In this document: positions 48,301 through 56,653 of the stretch, piece by piece
Layout of the letters: every line of letters begins with the position of its first letter
How positions within the stretch are numbered: position 1 is the stretch's first letter
From: Nocardioides sp.
Lineage (GTDB): Bacteria > Actinomycetota > Actinomycetes > Propionibacteriales > Nocardioidaceae
DNA: 62,523 nucleotides
Reading direction: 5' to 3'
NCBI GenBank assembly: GCA_050997635.1
Contig: JBPCQY010000052.1
Span: 1-62,523 of the forward strand
Program-made: the position numbers and the translations under genes
The notes under the pieces: model-generated
Database searches by the model: none
Told to the model about the DNA's origin: nothing
The model's input: the letters and a program-made list of their open reading frames with translations, nothing else

Positions 48301-51300
48301 CTGGCGGTGCCGAGGGTGACCGTCGACTGCGACTCGTCGAGCCCGTTGCTGATCCGATAGACCACGACCGTGTTGCGGCCGTCGACGGACCGGGGCGCCT
48401 TGATCAGGACCGGCCCCTGGGGCCCGGCCAGCCGGACGCCCGGCGGCGGGCTGACCAGGTTGACGCTGACCCGGTCACCCGAGGCGATCAGGTCGTTGGC
48501 GAGCACGTTGATCATCGCCGTCCGGCCCGGCGCGACGGTCATCGTGTCGGCCACGGCCAGCGGCGGCTGCGGGTTGCTCGCAGGCGCGACCACGACCCGC
48601 ACGCGGCCGACACTCCTGGCGCCCCGGGAGTCGGTGACCTGGTAGGAGAAGTCGTCGGTGCCGACGCTGCCCGGGTAGGCCTGGTAGGCGATCGAGTTGG
48701 CGCCGATCTTGAGGATCCGCCCGAGCGCCGGCGCCGTCTGCAGGCCGACGATGGTCACGGCGTCGCCGTCGGGGTCGACACCGGACCCGGGCAGCTTGAG
48801 CTTCGTCTGGTCGCCCGAGACGACCCGGCCGTCGAGCTCGGGTGGCTCGGGAGGCTGGTTGTCCCTGTGCAGGGGTACGACGCGCACCGTGATCGTGCCG
48901 GGTGCGGCGTGCCCCTCGGCGTCGGTGGCGACGTAGGAGACCTCGACGTTCTTGTTCTGCTTCAGGCTCGCCGGCGCGACGTACCGGACCTGACGACCCA
49001 CGACGTAGGCATCGCCGAGGGGCCCTCTGGCCCCCTCGTCGCTCACCTGGAGCGACCCGGCCGTGCGGTCGGCGACGGTCTTCTGGAGCGCGAGCGCCGC
49101 CCCGGACGGCGAGAAGTCGTTGTCGAGCGGAGAGATCGCGACCGCGGTGCCGGCCCGCACGGTGGCGACGTCGTTGTTGGTGACTGGGGTCGGGTCGGCC
49201 GGGGCCGGGCGCAGCGAGACCACGATCTGCCCGGTGATGCCCGACTTGCGGCCGTTGCTGATCTGGTAGCGCACGACCTGCGGATTGGGCGACATCGTCC
49301 CGGACAGCGCGGAGATTCGGACCCAGCGTCCATCGACGACGCCGAGGTCGAGCTGGGTGGGGTCGTCCGCGGTGGCGTTCTGCACCTGGAGCAGCCCGCC
49401 GGCAGGGTCGGCGTCGTTGGCGAGCACGTCGACCAGGGTCGGCGCGGTGCCGTGGAGGGTGACCTGGTCGGGCATGGCCACCGGGTCGGGCGCGGGCTTG
49501 GCCGGAGCCCGGACGTCGACGCGGATCTTGCCGTCGGCGGACTTCGCGCTGCCGAAGGCGGCCTGGTAGTCCACGAAGTAGGTGCGGGGCACCTCGCTGG
49601 TCACCGTCAGGGTGCCCTGGTCGAGGTTGGTGTCGATCACGGCGCCGGCCTGCTGCGCCACCCGACCGGCCAGTGCGAGCGCCGCGTGCGGGTCGAAGGG
49701 GTCGGCGCCCGGCAGGTCGTTGAGCAGCGGTTTGACGGTGAGCGGCTTGCCCACCTCGCCGACGACCACGTCGGGCTCGGCGACCGCGGGGTACGACGTG
49801 TCATCGTCGGGGCTCGCGACCTTGAACGTCAGGCTGCGGCTGACCGGATCGCCGATGCCGTCGCTGGCGGCGTACTGGACCTTGACGATGCCCGGGTCGT
49901 TCGGCGCCTGGAAGCGCACGCCGCCGACCGACGTGGCGCTGGCCGCGGCCCCGCCGTCGATCTGCGACAACGGCCGGGCCGAGACGAGCGAGGTCGGGTC
50001 ACCGTCGTAGTCGCGCCAGTCGGCGAGGGCCGGGACGGTCATGGTGCCCCCGACGAGGACGTGCCACAGGTGTTCCTTGGCACCGCGCCGAGGCGCCGGC
50101 AGCTTGTTCTCGCCGGCGGTGCGGGCGGTGACATGCACCGTCGCGTGGCCCGAGACCCCGTCGCGCCCGTCGTCGACGTAGTAGACGAACGAGGTGTCGC
50201 CGCTCGCCCGGGTGGGCAGGGTGACCTGGAGCGTCTGCCCGTCGGGGCTGATGTCGACCCTGGCCCCCGAGCCGGTGGCCGGCGGGACCGAGCGGATGGA
50301 GAGCAGCCGGCCGACCGGCGCACTGTCGTTGTCGAGCGGATGCAGCACCGTCGAGCGGCCGGGCCGGGCGCCGAAGTGGTCGTCGCGTGCCTTGGGCGGC
50401 GTCTTCTCATCGACGCTCGGGTCGTCGTTCTTGTCGTGGTGGGTCGACTTCGTGGGCTTGGGTCGGAAGGCGTCCCAGTTGTCGAGGCGCTGGGCCTGGC
50501 GGTCGTCGAGCCTCCAGACGTCCCCGTTGGCGCGGTCGTTGAGCACGATCTCGCCGCGGTTGGTGCGGAAGACCAGATCGTGGGTCTGGGCCCGTAGCCC
50601 GGAGATGGCCACCGGGTCGGAGCCGCAGACGGTGGCGACGTAGCCGGTGCCGCCCGACCACGCGCCGTACTGGCAGGCACCGAGACGCACCGGGGCGGCG
50701 GGCAGGCCGTGGACCTTGGCGGCGAGCGTCGTGGTCGCGCCCGAGTGCAGGTCGACCGCGACCAGCCCGGTCGGCGTCGCGACGAGCACCGACCCGGCGG
50801 CCGGCCCCGGCTGCTGCAGCACCGAGTTGGCGGGCACCTTGAGTCTCGCGCCGCCGACCACGGACAGCAGGCCCTTGCGGGAGTCGAGCGCCACCGGGGT
50901 CTCGCCGACCGTCGTGAGCGAGAGAGAGCGACCGAACGGGCGCGGGAGCTTACTCTCGTGGGGGGGCCCGAAGGCCGTGCTCGTGGGCGAGAGCCGCAGC
51001 AGCGTGCCGGTCTCGGCCGAGGCGGCGTACACCGTGCCTGTCTCGGAGACGGCCAGGGCGGCGTCCTTGCCGGCCTTGGCCAGCGGCTTGGACTGGCGGT
51101 CCAGGGTCGGCAGCGCCGGCGTGCCGTTGACCGGGTCGACCCGTGCCGCCCACACGCCGCCGGCGGCGGTGTCGAGTACGGCGGCCGTGCCCCCGCGCAG
51201 CTGCACCGCGGGCGCGGCCGGCACGGGCACCGAGCCCCCGTCGAGCATGGTCATGGTGACCGGGTCGAGCACCGAGACGGCACCCCCGGAGAGGTCGACG

Positions 51301-51575
51301 CCGAGGACGGCCGAGCCGTCCTGCACGACGTCGAGGTTGGCCTTGTTGGGCGCGAAGATCGCACCGTCGAGCTGGCCGATCGGCTTGTTGATCCGTCCGA
51401 ACGCGCTCAGGGAGTTGTCGGTGACCCAGATGCCACCGTCGTTGAGCTGGGTCTGGTGGGCCCGGTAGCCCTGCGCGGAGATGGCGTAGACGACGACGCC
51501 GCTCACGGCCAGCACGAGCGCGAGCCAGGACGCCACCGCGGCGCGGTGGCGCCGGGCGAACGTCCCGAAACCCAT
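45372..51575 (-). CDS. Giant (2067 aa) exported protein with tandem Ig-like and fibronectin type III domains
   Basis: N-terminal hydrophobic segment; repeated P.A.DD / LxND / DPDGD Ig-like units; FN3 units (APAANGAPIIGY...GLKNGTTY...VRARNAVG); GGGGAG RBS before ATG 51575. Confidence 0.9.
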   Translation of the reverse strand: MGFGTFARRHRAAVASWLALVLAVSGVVVYAISAQGYRAHQTQLNDGGIWVTDNSLSAFGRINKPIGQLDGAIFAPNKANLDVVQDGSAVLGVDLSGGAVSVLDPVTMTMLDGGSVPVPAAPAVQLRGGTAAVLDTAAGGVWAARVDPVNGTPALPTLDRQSKPLAKAGKDAALAVSETGTVYAASAETGTLLRLSPTSTAFGPPHESKLPRPFGRSLSLTTVGETPVALDSRKGLLSVVGGARLKVPANSVLQQPGPAAGSVLVATPTGLVAVDLHSGATTTLAAKVHGLPAAPVRLGACQYGAWSGGTGYVATVCGSDPVAISGLRAQTHDLVFRTNRGEIVLNDRANGDVWRLDDRQAQRLDNWDAFRPKPTKSTHHDKNDDPSVDEKTPPKARDDHFGARPGRSTVLHPLDNDSAPVGRLLSIRSVPPATGSGARVDISPDGQTLQVTLPTRASGDTSFVYYVDDGRDGVSGHATVHVTARTAGENKLPAPRRGAKEHLWHVLVGGTMTVPALADWRDYDGDPTSLVSARPLSQIDGGAAASATSVGGVRFQAPNDPGIVKVQYAASDGIGDPVSRSLTFKVASPDDDTSYPAVAEPDVVVGEVGKPLTVKPLLNDLPGADPFDPHAALALAGRVAQQAGAVIDTNLDQGTLTVTSEVPRTYFVDYQAAFGSAKSADGKIRVDVRAPAKPAPDPVAMPDQVTLHGTAPTLVDVLANDADPAGGLLQVQNATADDPTQLDLGVVDGRWVRISALSGTMSPNPQVVRYQISNGRKSGITGQIVVSLRPAPADPTPVTNNDVATVRAGTAVAISPLDNDFSPSGAALALQKTVADRTAGSLQVSDEGARGPLGDAYVVGRQVRYVAPASLKQNKNVEVSYVATDAEGHAAPGTITVRVVPLHRDNQPPEPPELDGRVVSGDQTKLKLPGSGVDPDGDAVTIVGLQTAPALGRILKIGANSIAYQAYPGSVGTDDFSYQVTDSRGARSVGRVRVVVAPASNPQPPLAVADTMTVAPGRTAMINVLANDLIASGDRVSVNLVSPPPGVRLAGPQGPVLIKAPRSVDGRNTVVVYRISNGLDESQSTVTLGTARPFNNPPVVADAFGSTGNGGSVTTNVLATAYDPDGPASALRVSQVYPPRGVRASIVRGSRLQVTRGPDPEVVPFVVSDRDGGRTTGSLYVPPASGAAPYVRPDALIRVKPGGSVTGKLADYVVNPSGRPEHVTSARRLWASPTSSVNVALTGKDAFRVDASQEYAGPGALVFEVTTARSAHDKRAVTSVLSVPVQVGEDKPILRCPATSLTVLQSRSVTINVLSVCHVWTIDPAQLSRLKYAASWRQNVSGLTVSSINGPNITVRASPSTRPDSVGLLGVSASGSDTGLLGVRVTRSPPPRLTPIRVADLKFGDSRTINLAPYLVPGVHNPQPTLLGASQVSGVPVQISKRGTSVVLHASRHVHGHAEFRVSMSDAGPGAGPERRVDGRISLDILDVPGRPDKPLPDGFRHNSAVPVTFTAPAANGAPIIGYQLKNNHGKTISCGSTACTMTGLKNGTTYHLAVRARNAVGWGAWSAFSRPVTPDKRAGQVSAVRLVSRGDHTLKIAWDPPLIVGSGVTKYKVTWPGAGRALTVHGEKATITGLDNNRPYRFTIIPYNGIGPGKSFPSGSFQSIGQPNPPAAPTVTDAQQPGDTTRLTVNWPVVDPPNGPGPVQYTLYRDGSHVVCTTRSTSCDDTGIVYNGATHTYAATATNEGGKGITSARGSATSYVAIAPPAQWTSWDAKATGHDRTIEVTYDVPSSHGKQSNVDILVDGAVVRSFANETGHHSRQVQVANDDHPYAISLRVCNENADVSRRCTSTSSSKSVQPYGQLRDSAIISVTANPGGPRMSWTIKVNPNGDPAQLTIARENGDTQSWPVPVGEQTFTSEAIDYGYDFRENVVVTLSDNGPSRGSAVDKEKAATDPPPPPTVAISRGTLCNDTPGSKEPSCNRKGPATGGDCTDSSCGFIVLTVRSFERKAPTCSFSAPGKLFVDTYKGEEGTHQIDAYYGSPGNSVSVTCEYSVILKSHASFVWPGG

Positions 51576-51757
51576 ATCACTCCCCGTAGCTGCTGCGAGG
51601 AGCCTAAGTGGCACGGGTGGCCCGACCAACCCGATCTCGACATTTCGTGACCAATTGGTGTTCTCGGGAGCGAGTCCGGAGAGAATGGCGCCGGTACGCC
51701 GCTCGGCGTACGACCAGGAGACGGGGAGCTCGGGTGGCAGGGACCGGCGAGGACACC

Positions 51758-52813
51758 ATGTTCTACGCACCCGGCGCGGGGCTGCTCCTCGGCAGCGGCG
51801 CCCGCTGGCTGCTGCTGGCCGACCAGCCAGACGAGTCGGTGATCGAGCGACTCTGGGAGGCCCTCATCACTGTCGGCGTCGACCAGGCCCTCGCCGTCCT
51901 CGAGCAGGCCTATGCCGGCAATGTGCCCGCCGTCGCCACCTGGGACCGGGGCCGGGGTAGCGGCCAGGGCGGCGGCGAGGTGGGCCACGACGAGTCGCCG
52001 ATGCTCACGGTCGGGCTGCCGGTCGACGGGCCGTGGTTCCCCGTCATCGGCGGGATCGTCGCCGGTGGCGCCGCCCGCTGGTGCCCGGCGCGCCGGCCCT
52101 CCACGGGCCTGATCGACAAGATCCCCGACGAGGTCCGCGCGGCGGTGGGTCCCGACGTACCCCGCCGGTTCAGCGAGCCCGCACTCGCCGCCGAGGTGGC
52201 CGGACCCGGTCGCGTCGGGGTCACCGGCCCGGTCCCTGCGCCCGCCCCTGCCCCGGCCGAGCCCCGTGACCACGACGGGCACACCACGGTGCGGCAGCGC
52301 GCGGCGGCTGCGGCCCAGGACCAGCCCGTCGACCACCTGCGCCAGCCGACCCACGAGACCGTGCTGGCGGTGTGGTGCCTGCGCGGACACCCGACGCCGG
52401 CGTACCCGCCCCAGTGCCGGGTCTGCCACGAGCCGCTCGCGTCCCAGGAGCCCCAGCGGGTGCCTCGCCCGCGGCTCGGGCGGCTGCGGCTCCCGAGCGG
52501 CGAGGTGGTCCCTCTCGACCGTGGTGTCGTCATCGGGCGCCGGCCGGCGCCCGTCGACCAGCACGGTGAGTGGCCGCACCTGGTGACCGTGCCCCCGGAG
52601 GCGAGCCACGTCTCGCGGGTCCACGTGCAGATCGTGCTCGACGGCTGGCACGTCGTGGCCCGCGACCTCGGCTCCCGGGGTGGTACGACGCTGCTGGTGC
52701 CCGGCCGTGCCCCGGGGCAGATCCGCGCGCAGGAGCCCCACGTGCTCGAGCCGGGCCAGGCGCTCGACCTGGCCGAGGAGTTCCAGGTCGTCTACGAGGT
52801 GGAGCCCGGATGA
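51758..52813 (+). CDS. FHA-domain protein with Cys/His zinc-ribbon
   Basis: CLRGH...CRVC; FHA motifs IGRRP, VSRVH, DLGSRGGT (alternative start GTG 51734). Confidence 0.85.
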   Translation: MFYAPGAGLLLGSGARWLLLADQPDESVIERLWEALITVGVDQALAVLEQAYAGNVPAVATWDRGRGSGQGGGEVGHDESPMLTVGLPVDGPWFPVIGGIVAGGAARWCPARRPSTGLIDKIPDEVRAAVGPDVPRRFSEPALAAEVAGPGRVGVTGPVPAPAPAPAEPRDHDGHTTVRQRAAAAAQDQPVDHLRQPTHETVLAVWCLRGHPTPAYPPQCRVCHEPLASQEPQRVPRPRLGRLRLPSGEVVPLDRGVVIGRRPAPVDQHGEWPHLVTVPPEASHVSRVHVQIVLDGWHVVARDLGSRGGTTLLVPGRAPGQIRAQEPHVLEPGQALDLAEEFQVVYEVEPG

Positions 52814-54219
52814 GCGGCGGGCCGCAGATCCCGGGCTTCCGGTTCGTCTCGCACCTGGGCTCCGGAGGCTTCGCCGACGTCTTCCTCTACGAGCAGGAGT
52901 GGCCGCGGCAGCGGGTCGCCGTCAAGGTGGTGCGCCCCGACCTCCCGCTCACCGACCGCGAGAAGGCGATGTTCACGACCGAGGCCAACGCGATGGCGCG
53001 GCTGGCCGACCACCCCTACATCGTCTCGGTGATGACGGCCGGCACCACCAGTGTCGTCGAGGGCTCCCGGCCCTATCTCGTGATGCGCTACTGCCCCCCG
53101 CCTGATCTGGGCCAGCGGGTGCAGGCCCAGCCGATGTCGGTGCCCGACGCGCTCGCGACCGGCATCAAGCTGGCCAGCGCCATCGAGACCGCCCACCGCT
53201 CGGGCATCATCCACCGCGACATCAAGCCGTCCAACGTGCTCGTCACGGCCTACCACGAGCCGGCCCTGACCGACTTCGGCATCGCCGGCCGGCTGCAGGA
53301 CATCGAGGGCGACCACGAGGTCCGCATCTCCTACCCGTGGTCACCGCCCGAGCTGCTCGACGGCCGCTCGAACGGCTCGGTCGCCTCCGACGTGTACTCC
53401 CTCGGGGCGACCATCTGGAACCTGCTCGTCGGCCGCTCGCCGTACGCCGTCCCGAACGGCGACAACTCCTCGCGCGCGCTCACCGCGCGGATCCTGCACG
53501 CCGCTCCCCCACGCACCCAGCGGCCCGGCGTACCTCCTGCACTCGAGCAGCTGCTGGGGCAGTGCCTGTCCAAGACCCCCGACCACCGGCCGGGCTCCGC
53601 ACTCGAGCTGGCCCGCGCGCTTCAGCGGATCGAGGCGCAGCGGGGCTACTCACGCACCCCGGTTGCGGTCGAGGGCGACCGGCCCGACACCGCCGTACCC
53701 GTGCGCACCGGCGCCGACGAGGACCACACGCAGCTCAAACCGGTCAGCGTCGTGTCTGGCTCCAGTCCCCGGGTCGAGGCAGCGGCGCCCGGGGCGCCGG
53801 CGGCGCAGGTCCCACCCGCACCCCCGGCACCCGTGTCGTCGCTGCTGTGGTGGGGAGTCGGTGGCGTCGTGCTCCTCGTCGTGGCCGGGTTCTTGTTCTG
53901 GCACGCCGGTCGCGACGCGAACCCCGGCCCGGACACCGTCGTGCCCACCGCGCGCCACACGCCGATCGCCGTCGACCCCGACGCGGTCCCGGTGCCCTCG
54001 CTCACCGGCGCCCGCGCCGGCCGGGCGGTGACCTTCCGCTGGCAGGTGTCCCAGCCGAAGCGGGGCGACTCGTGGGAGCTGCGTCGGCCCGACACGGGCG
54101 AGTCGCGTCGTACGTCGGCCGACTCGGTGACGCTGCGCACCGACAAGCGGGTCTGTCTCCAGGTCCGCCTGATCCGCGGCTCGGCCACCTCCCTCTGGGC
54201 CGACGACTGCGTCTCCTGA
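52810..54219 (+). CDS. Membrane Hanks-type Ser/Thr protein kinase
   Basis: LGSGGFADV, VAVKV, HRDIKPSN, DFG, SDVYSLG; TM segment and small extracellular domain; ATGA overlap. Confidence 0.95.
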   Translation: MSGGPQIPGFRFVSHLGSGGFADVFLYEQEWPRQRVAVKVVRPDLPLTDREKAMFTTEANAMARLADHPYIVSVMTAGTTSVVEGSRPYLVMRYCPPPDLGQRVQAQPMSVPDALATGIKLASAIETAHRSGIIHRDIKPSNVLVTAYHEPALTDFGIAGRLQDIEGDHEVRISYPWSPPELLDGRSNGSVASDVYSLGATIWNLLVGRSPYAVPNGDNSSRALTARILHAAPPRTQRPGVPPALEQLLGQCLSKTPDHRPGSALELARALQRIEAQRGYSRTPVAVEGDRPDTAVPVRTGADEDHTQLKPVSVVSGSSPRVEAAAPGAPAAQVPPAPPAPVSSLLWWGVGGVVLLVVAGFLFWHAGRDANPGPDTVVPTARHTPIAVDPDAVPVPSLTGARAGRAVTFRWQVSQPKRGDSWELRRPDTGESRRTSADSVTLRTDKRVCLQVRLIRGSATSLWADDCVS

Positions 54220-54267
54220 CCGCCGAGCGGCGCCCTTCTCGCCGCCGAGGTGCGCGTTCCCGCCCGC

Positions 54268-55239
54268 TCAGCGGGCTGAACGGTCGTGCACGAGGCTGGC
54301 CACGCCGGTGACCGCCAGGGTGCCGACGATCATCACCAGCGAGACCCAGATCGGGATGTCGGGAGCCCAGCCGATGTGCTCGCCGCCGTTGATGAACGCC
54401 AGCTCGTTCTCGTGCATGGCGTGCAGCACCAGCTTCACGCCGATGAACAGCAGCAGGAACGCCAGCCCGTAGGAGAGGTAGACCAGGCGGGTGAGCAGGT
54501 CACCGATGAGGAAGTAGAGCTGGCGCAGGCCCATCAGCGCGAACACGTTGGCGGTGAAGACCAGGTAGGGCTCGCTGGTCAGCCCGTAGATCGCGGGGAT
54601 CGAGTCGAGCGCGAAGAGCAGGTCGGTCATGCCGAGGGTCAGGACGACGACGAACATCGGGGTGAACAGGCGCTTGCCGCCGCTCCGCTCGCTGAGGTGT
54701 ACGCCGTTCCACTCGGTGGTCAGCGGGAGCCGGCCCCTGGCCCAGCGCACCAGCCGCGGCTCGTCGTACCCGCCCTCGTCGTCGTTGCCCTCCCGGGCCA
54801 GGTTGACCGCGGTGATCACCAGGAACGCACCGAAGACATAGAAGACCCAGCTGAACTCGTTGATTGCGGCCGCACCGACCGCGATGAAGATGCCCCGTAG
54901 GACCAGCGCAATCACGATGCCGATCATCAAGGCGGTCTGCTGGTAGTCGCGCGGGACGGCCATCTTGCCCATGATCACGATGAAGATGAACAGGTTGTCG
55001 ATCGAGAGGGAGTACTCCGTCAGCCAGCCGGCGAAGAACTCGCCCCCCGACCTACCGCCGGCAAAGGCCCAGACGCCGATGCCGAACGCCACGGCCAGGG
55101 CGATGAAGACGGCCAGCGCGAGGGAGGTCTCCTTGGTGGAGGGCTCGTGCGGACGGCGCCCGATGACGAAGACGTCGAAGACCAGGATCGCCGTGGTGAC
55201 CAGCACCGTCGTCCACCAGACCCACGGCGCCACATCCAT
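54268..55239 (-). CDS. TerC/Alx family membrane protein
   Basis: EYSLSIDNLFIF, DLLFALDSIPA and ANVFALMGLRQLYF motifs. Confidence 0.93.
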   Translation of the reverse strand: MDVAPWVWWTTVLVTTAILVFDVFVIGRRPHEPSTKETSLALAVFIALAVAFGIGVWAFAGGRSGGEFFAGWLTEYSLSIDNLFIFIVIMGKMAVPRDYQQTALMIGIVIALVLRGIFIAVGAAAINEFSWVFYVFGAFLVITAVNLAREGNDDEGGYDEPRLVRWARGRLPLTTEWNGVHLSERSGGKRLFTPMFVVVLTLGMTDLLFALDSIPAIYGLTSEPYLVFTANVFALMGLRQLYFLIGDLLTRLVYLSYGLAFLLLFIGVKLVLHAMHENELAFINGGEHIGWAPDIPIWVSLVMIVGTLAVTGVASLVHDRSAR

Positions 55240-55248
55240 GCCGAGAAC

Positions 55249-56073
55249 CTACCGACCCCCGAAAGCCACACCTAACTCGGTGAGACGCCCCTCCCCGCCA
55301 TCGAGGGCGGTGAGCACCCAGGTGCCGGTGGCCGTGACGGTGAAGGTGTGCTCGAAGTGCGCCGACATCGACCCGTCCGCGGTCCCCACGGTCCAGTCGT
55401 CCTCGAGGAGCACGGTCTCCTTGGTTCCGAGGGTGACCATCGGCTCGACGGCGAGCGCGAGGCCCTCCACGATCCTGGGACCGCGCCCCGGGCGACCGTA
55501 GTTGGGCACATTGGGCGGCAGGTGCATCTGGGTGCCGATGCCGTGCCCGACGTAGTCCTCGAGGATCCCGTAGCCGCCTCCGGCCCGCACCCGCGTCTCG
55601 ATCGCGTGGGAGATGTCGGTGACCCGGCCGCCGAGCCGAGCCGCCGCCATGCCGGCCCACAGCGCCGCCTCCGTGACCCGCATCAGCTCCGCCACGTCGG
55701 GGGCGATCTCGCCGGCGCCGACGGTGATGGCTGCGTCGCCGTGCCACCCGTCCACGATGGCGCCGCAGTCGATCGAGATCACGTCGCCCTCCTCGAGCAC
55801 CCGCGACCCGGGGATGCCGTGCACCACCTCGTCGTTGACCGACGCGCAGATGGTGGCCGGGAACGGCGGGTGGCTGTAACCGAGGAACGAGGGGATGCCG
55901 CCCCCGGAGCGGATGTTGTCCTCGGCCAGACGGTCGAGCTCCCCTGTCGTCACGCCCGGGCGTACGGCGCTGCGGAGCAGCGCGAGGGTCTGCCCCACCA
56001 GCAACCCGGGCGGTCGCATCAGGTCGATCTGCTCGGGGGTCTTGATCTCCAGACCGCGGTCGAGGAGGCCCAT
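55249..56073 (-). CDS. map: Methionine aminopeptidase type I
   Basis: CASVNDEVVHGIP, SIDCG...HGDAA, GHGIG...H, AVEPM, AHFEHT. Confidence 0.96.
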   Translation of the reverse strand: MGLLDRGLEIKTPEQIDLMRPPGLLVGQTLALLRSAVRPGVTTGELDRLAEDNIRSGGGIPSFLGYSHPPFPATICASVNDEVVHGIPGSRVLEEGDVISIDCGAIVDGWHGDAAITVGAGEIAPDVAELMRVTEAALWAGMAAARLGGRVTDISHAIETRVRAGGGYGILEDYVGHGIGTQMHLPPNVPNYGRPGRGPRIVEGLALAVEPMVTLGTKETVLLEDDWTVGTADGSMSAHFEHTFTVTATGTWVLTALDGGEGRLTELGVAFGGR

Positions 56074-56077
56074 CGGG

Positions 56078-56653
56078 TCAGCTCTGGGGTACGACGTCGA
56101 GCGCGTCGAAGACCCGCTGCGTCACGACGTGGACCTCGCCCATGCCGTCGACCTCGATCAGGATGCCGCGGGTCTTGTAGACGTCGATCAGCGGTTCGGT
56201 CTGCTCGGCGTACACCTCCTGGCGGCGCCGGATGACGTCCTCGGTGTCGTCGGCCCGGCCTTCGACCTCGGCGCGCTGGATGAGCCGTTGCACGACTTCC
56301 TCGGCGTCGACGCTGAGCACCACGACCACGTCGAGCTGGTGGCCGGTGAACCTGATCATCCCGTCGAGCTCCTCCACCTGTGCCAGGGTGCGCGGGTAGC
56401 CGTCGAGCAGGAAGCCGGGGTCGGCGTCGGGCTCGTCGATGCGGTTGCGCACCATCAGGTTGGTGACCTCGTCGGGGACGTACTCGCCGGCGTCCATGTA
56501 GCCCTGGGCCTTGAGCCCCAGCTCGGTGCCTTCCGACACGTTGGCGCGGAAGATGTCGCCGGTGGAGATCGCAGGGATCGAGAAGTGCTCGGCCACGAAC
56601 TTCGCCTGGGTACCTTTGCCGGCCCCCGGAGGTCCCATCAGGATTAGACGCAT
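56078..56653 (-). CDS. adk: Adenylate kinase (short LID form)
   Basis: GPPGAGKGTQA, ISTGDIFR, FLLDGYPRT. Confidence 0.97.
   Translation of the reverse strand: MRLILMGPPGAGKGTQAKFVAEHFSIPAISTGDIFRANVSEGTELGLKAQGYMDAGEYVPDEVTNLMVRNRIDEPDADPGFLLDGYPRTLAQVEELDGMIRFTGHQLDVVVVLSVDAEEVVQRLIQRAEVEGRADDTEDVIRRRQEVYAEQTEPLIDVYKTRGILIEVDGMGEVHVVTQRVFDALDVVPQS

Noticed and set aside
46920-50597. Long antisense or alternative-frame ORFs (e.g. 46920-50597+, 11131-13518+, 15437-17245+, 20009-22246-)
   Set aside because: They shadow well-supported genes, have Arg/Gly/Pro-rich or antisense-codon composition and show no motifs, as expected at high GC.
55240-55248. yybP-ykoY (Mn) riboswitch expected before a terC/alx gene
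   Set aside because: Only 9 nt separate map and terC, leaving no room for it.
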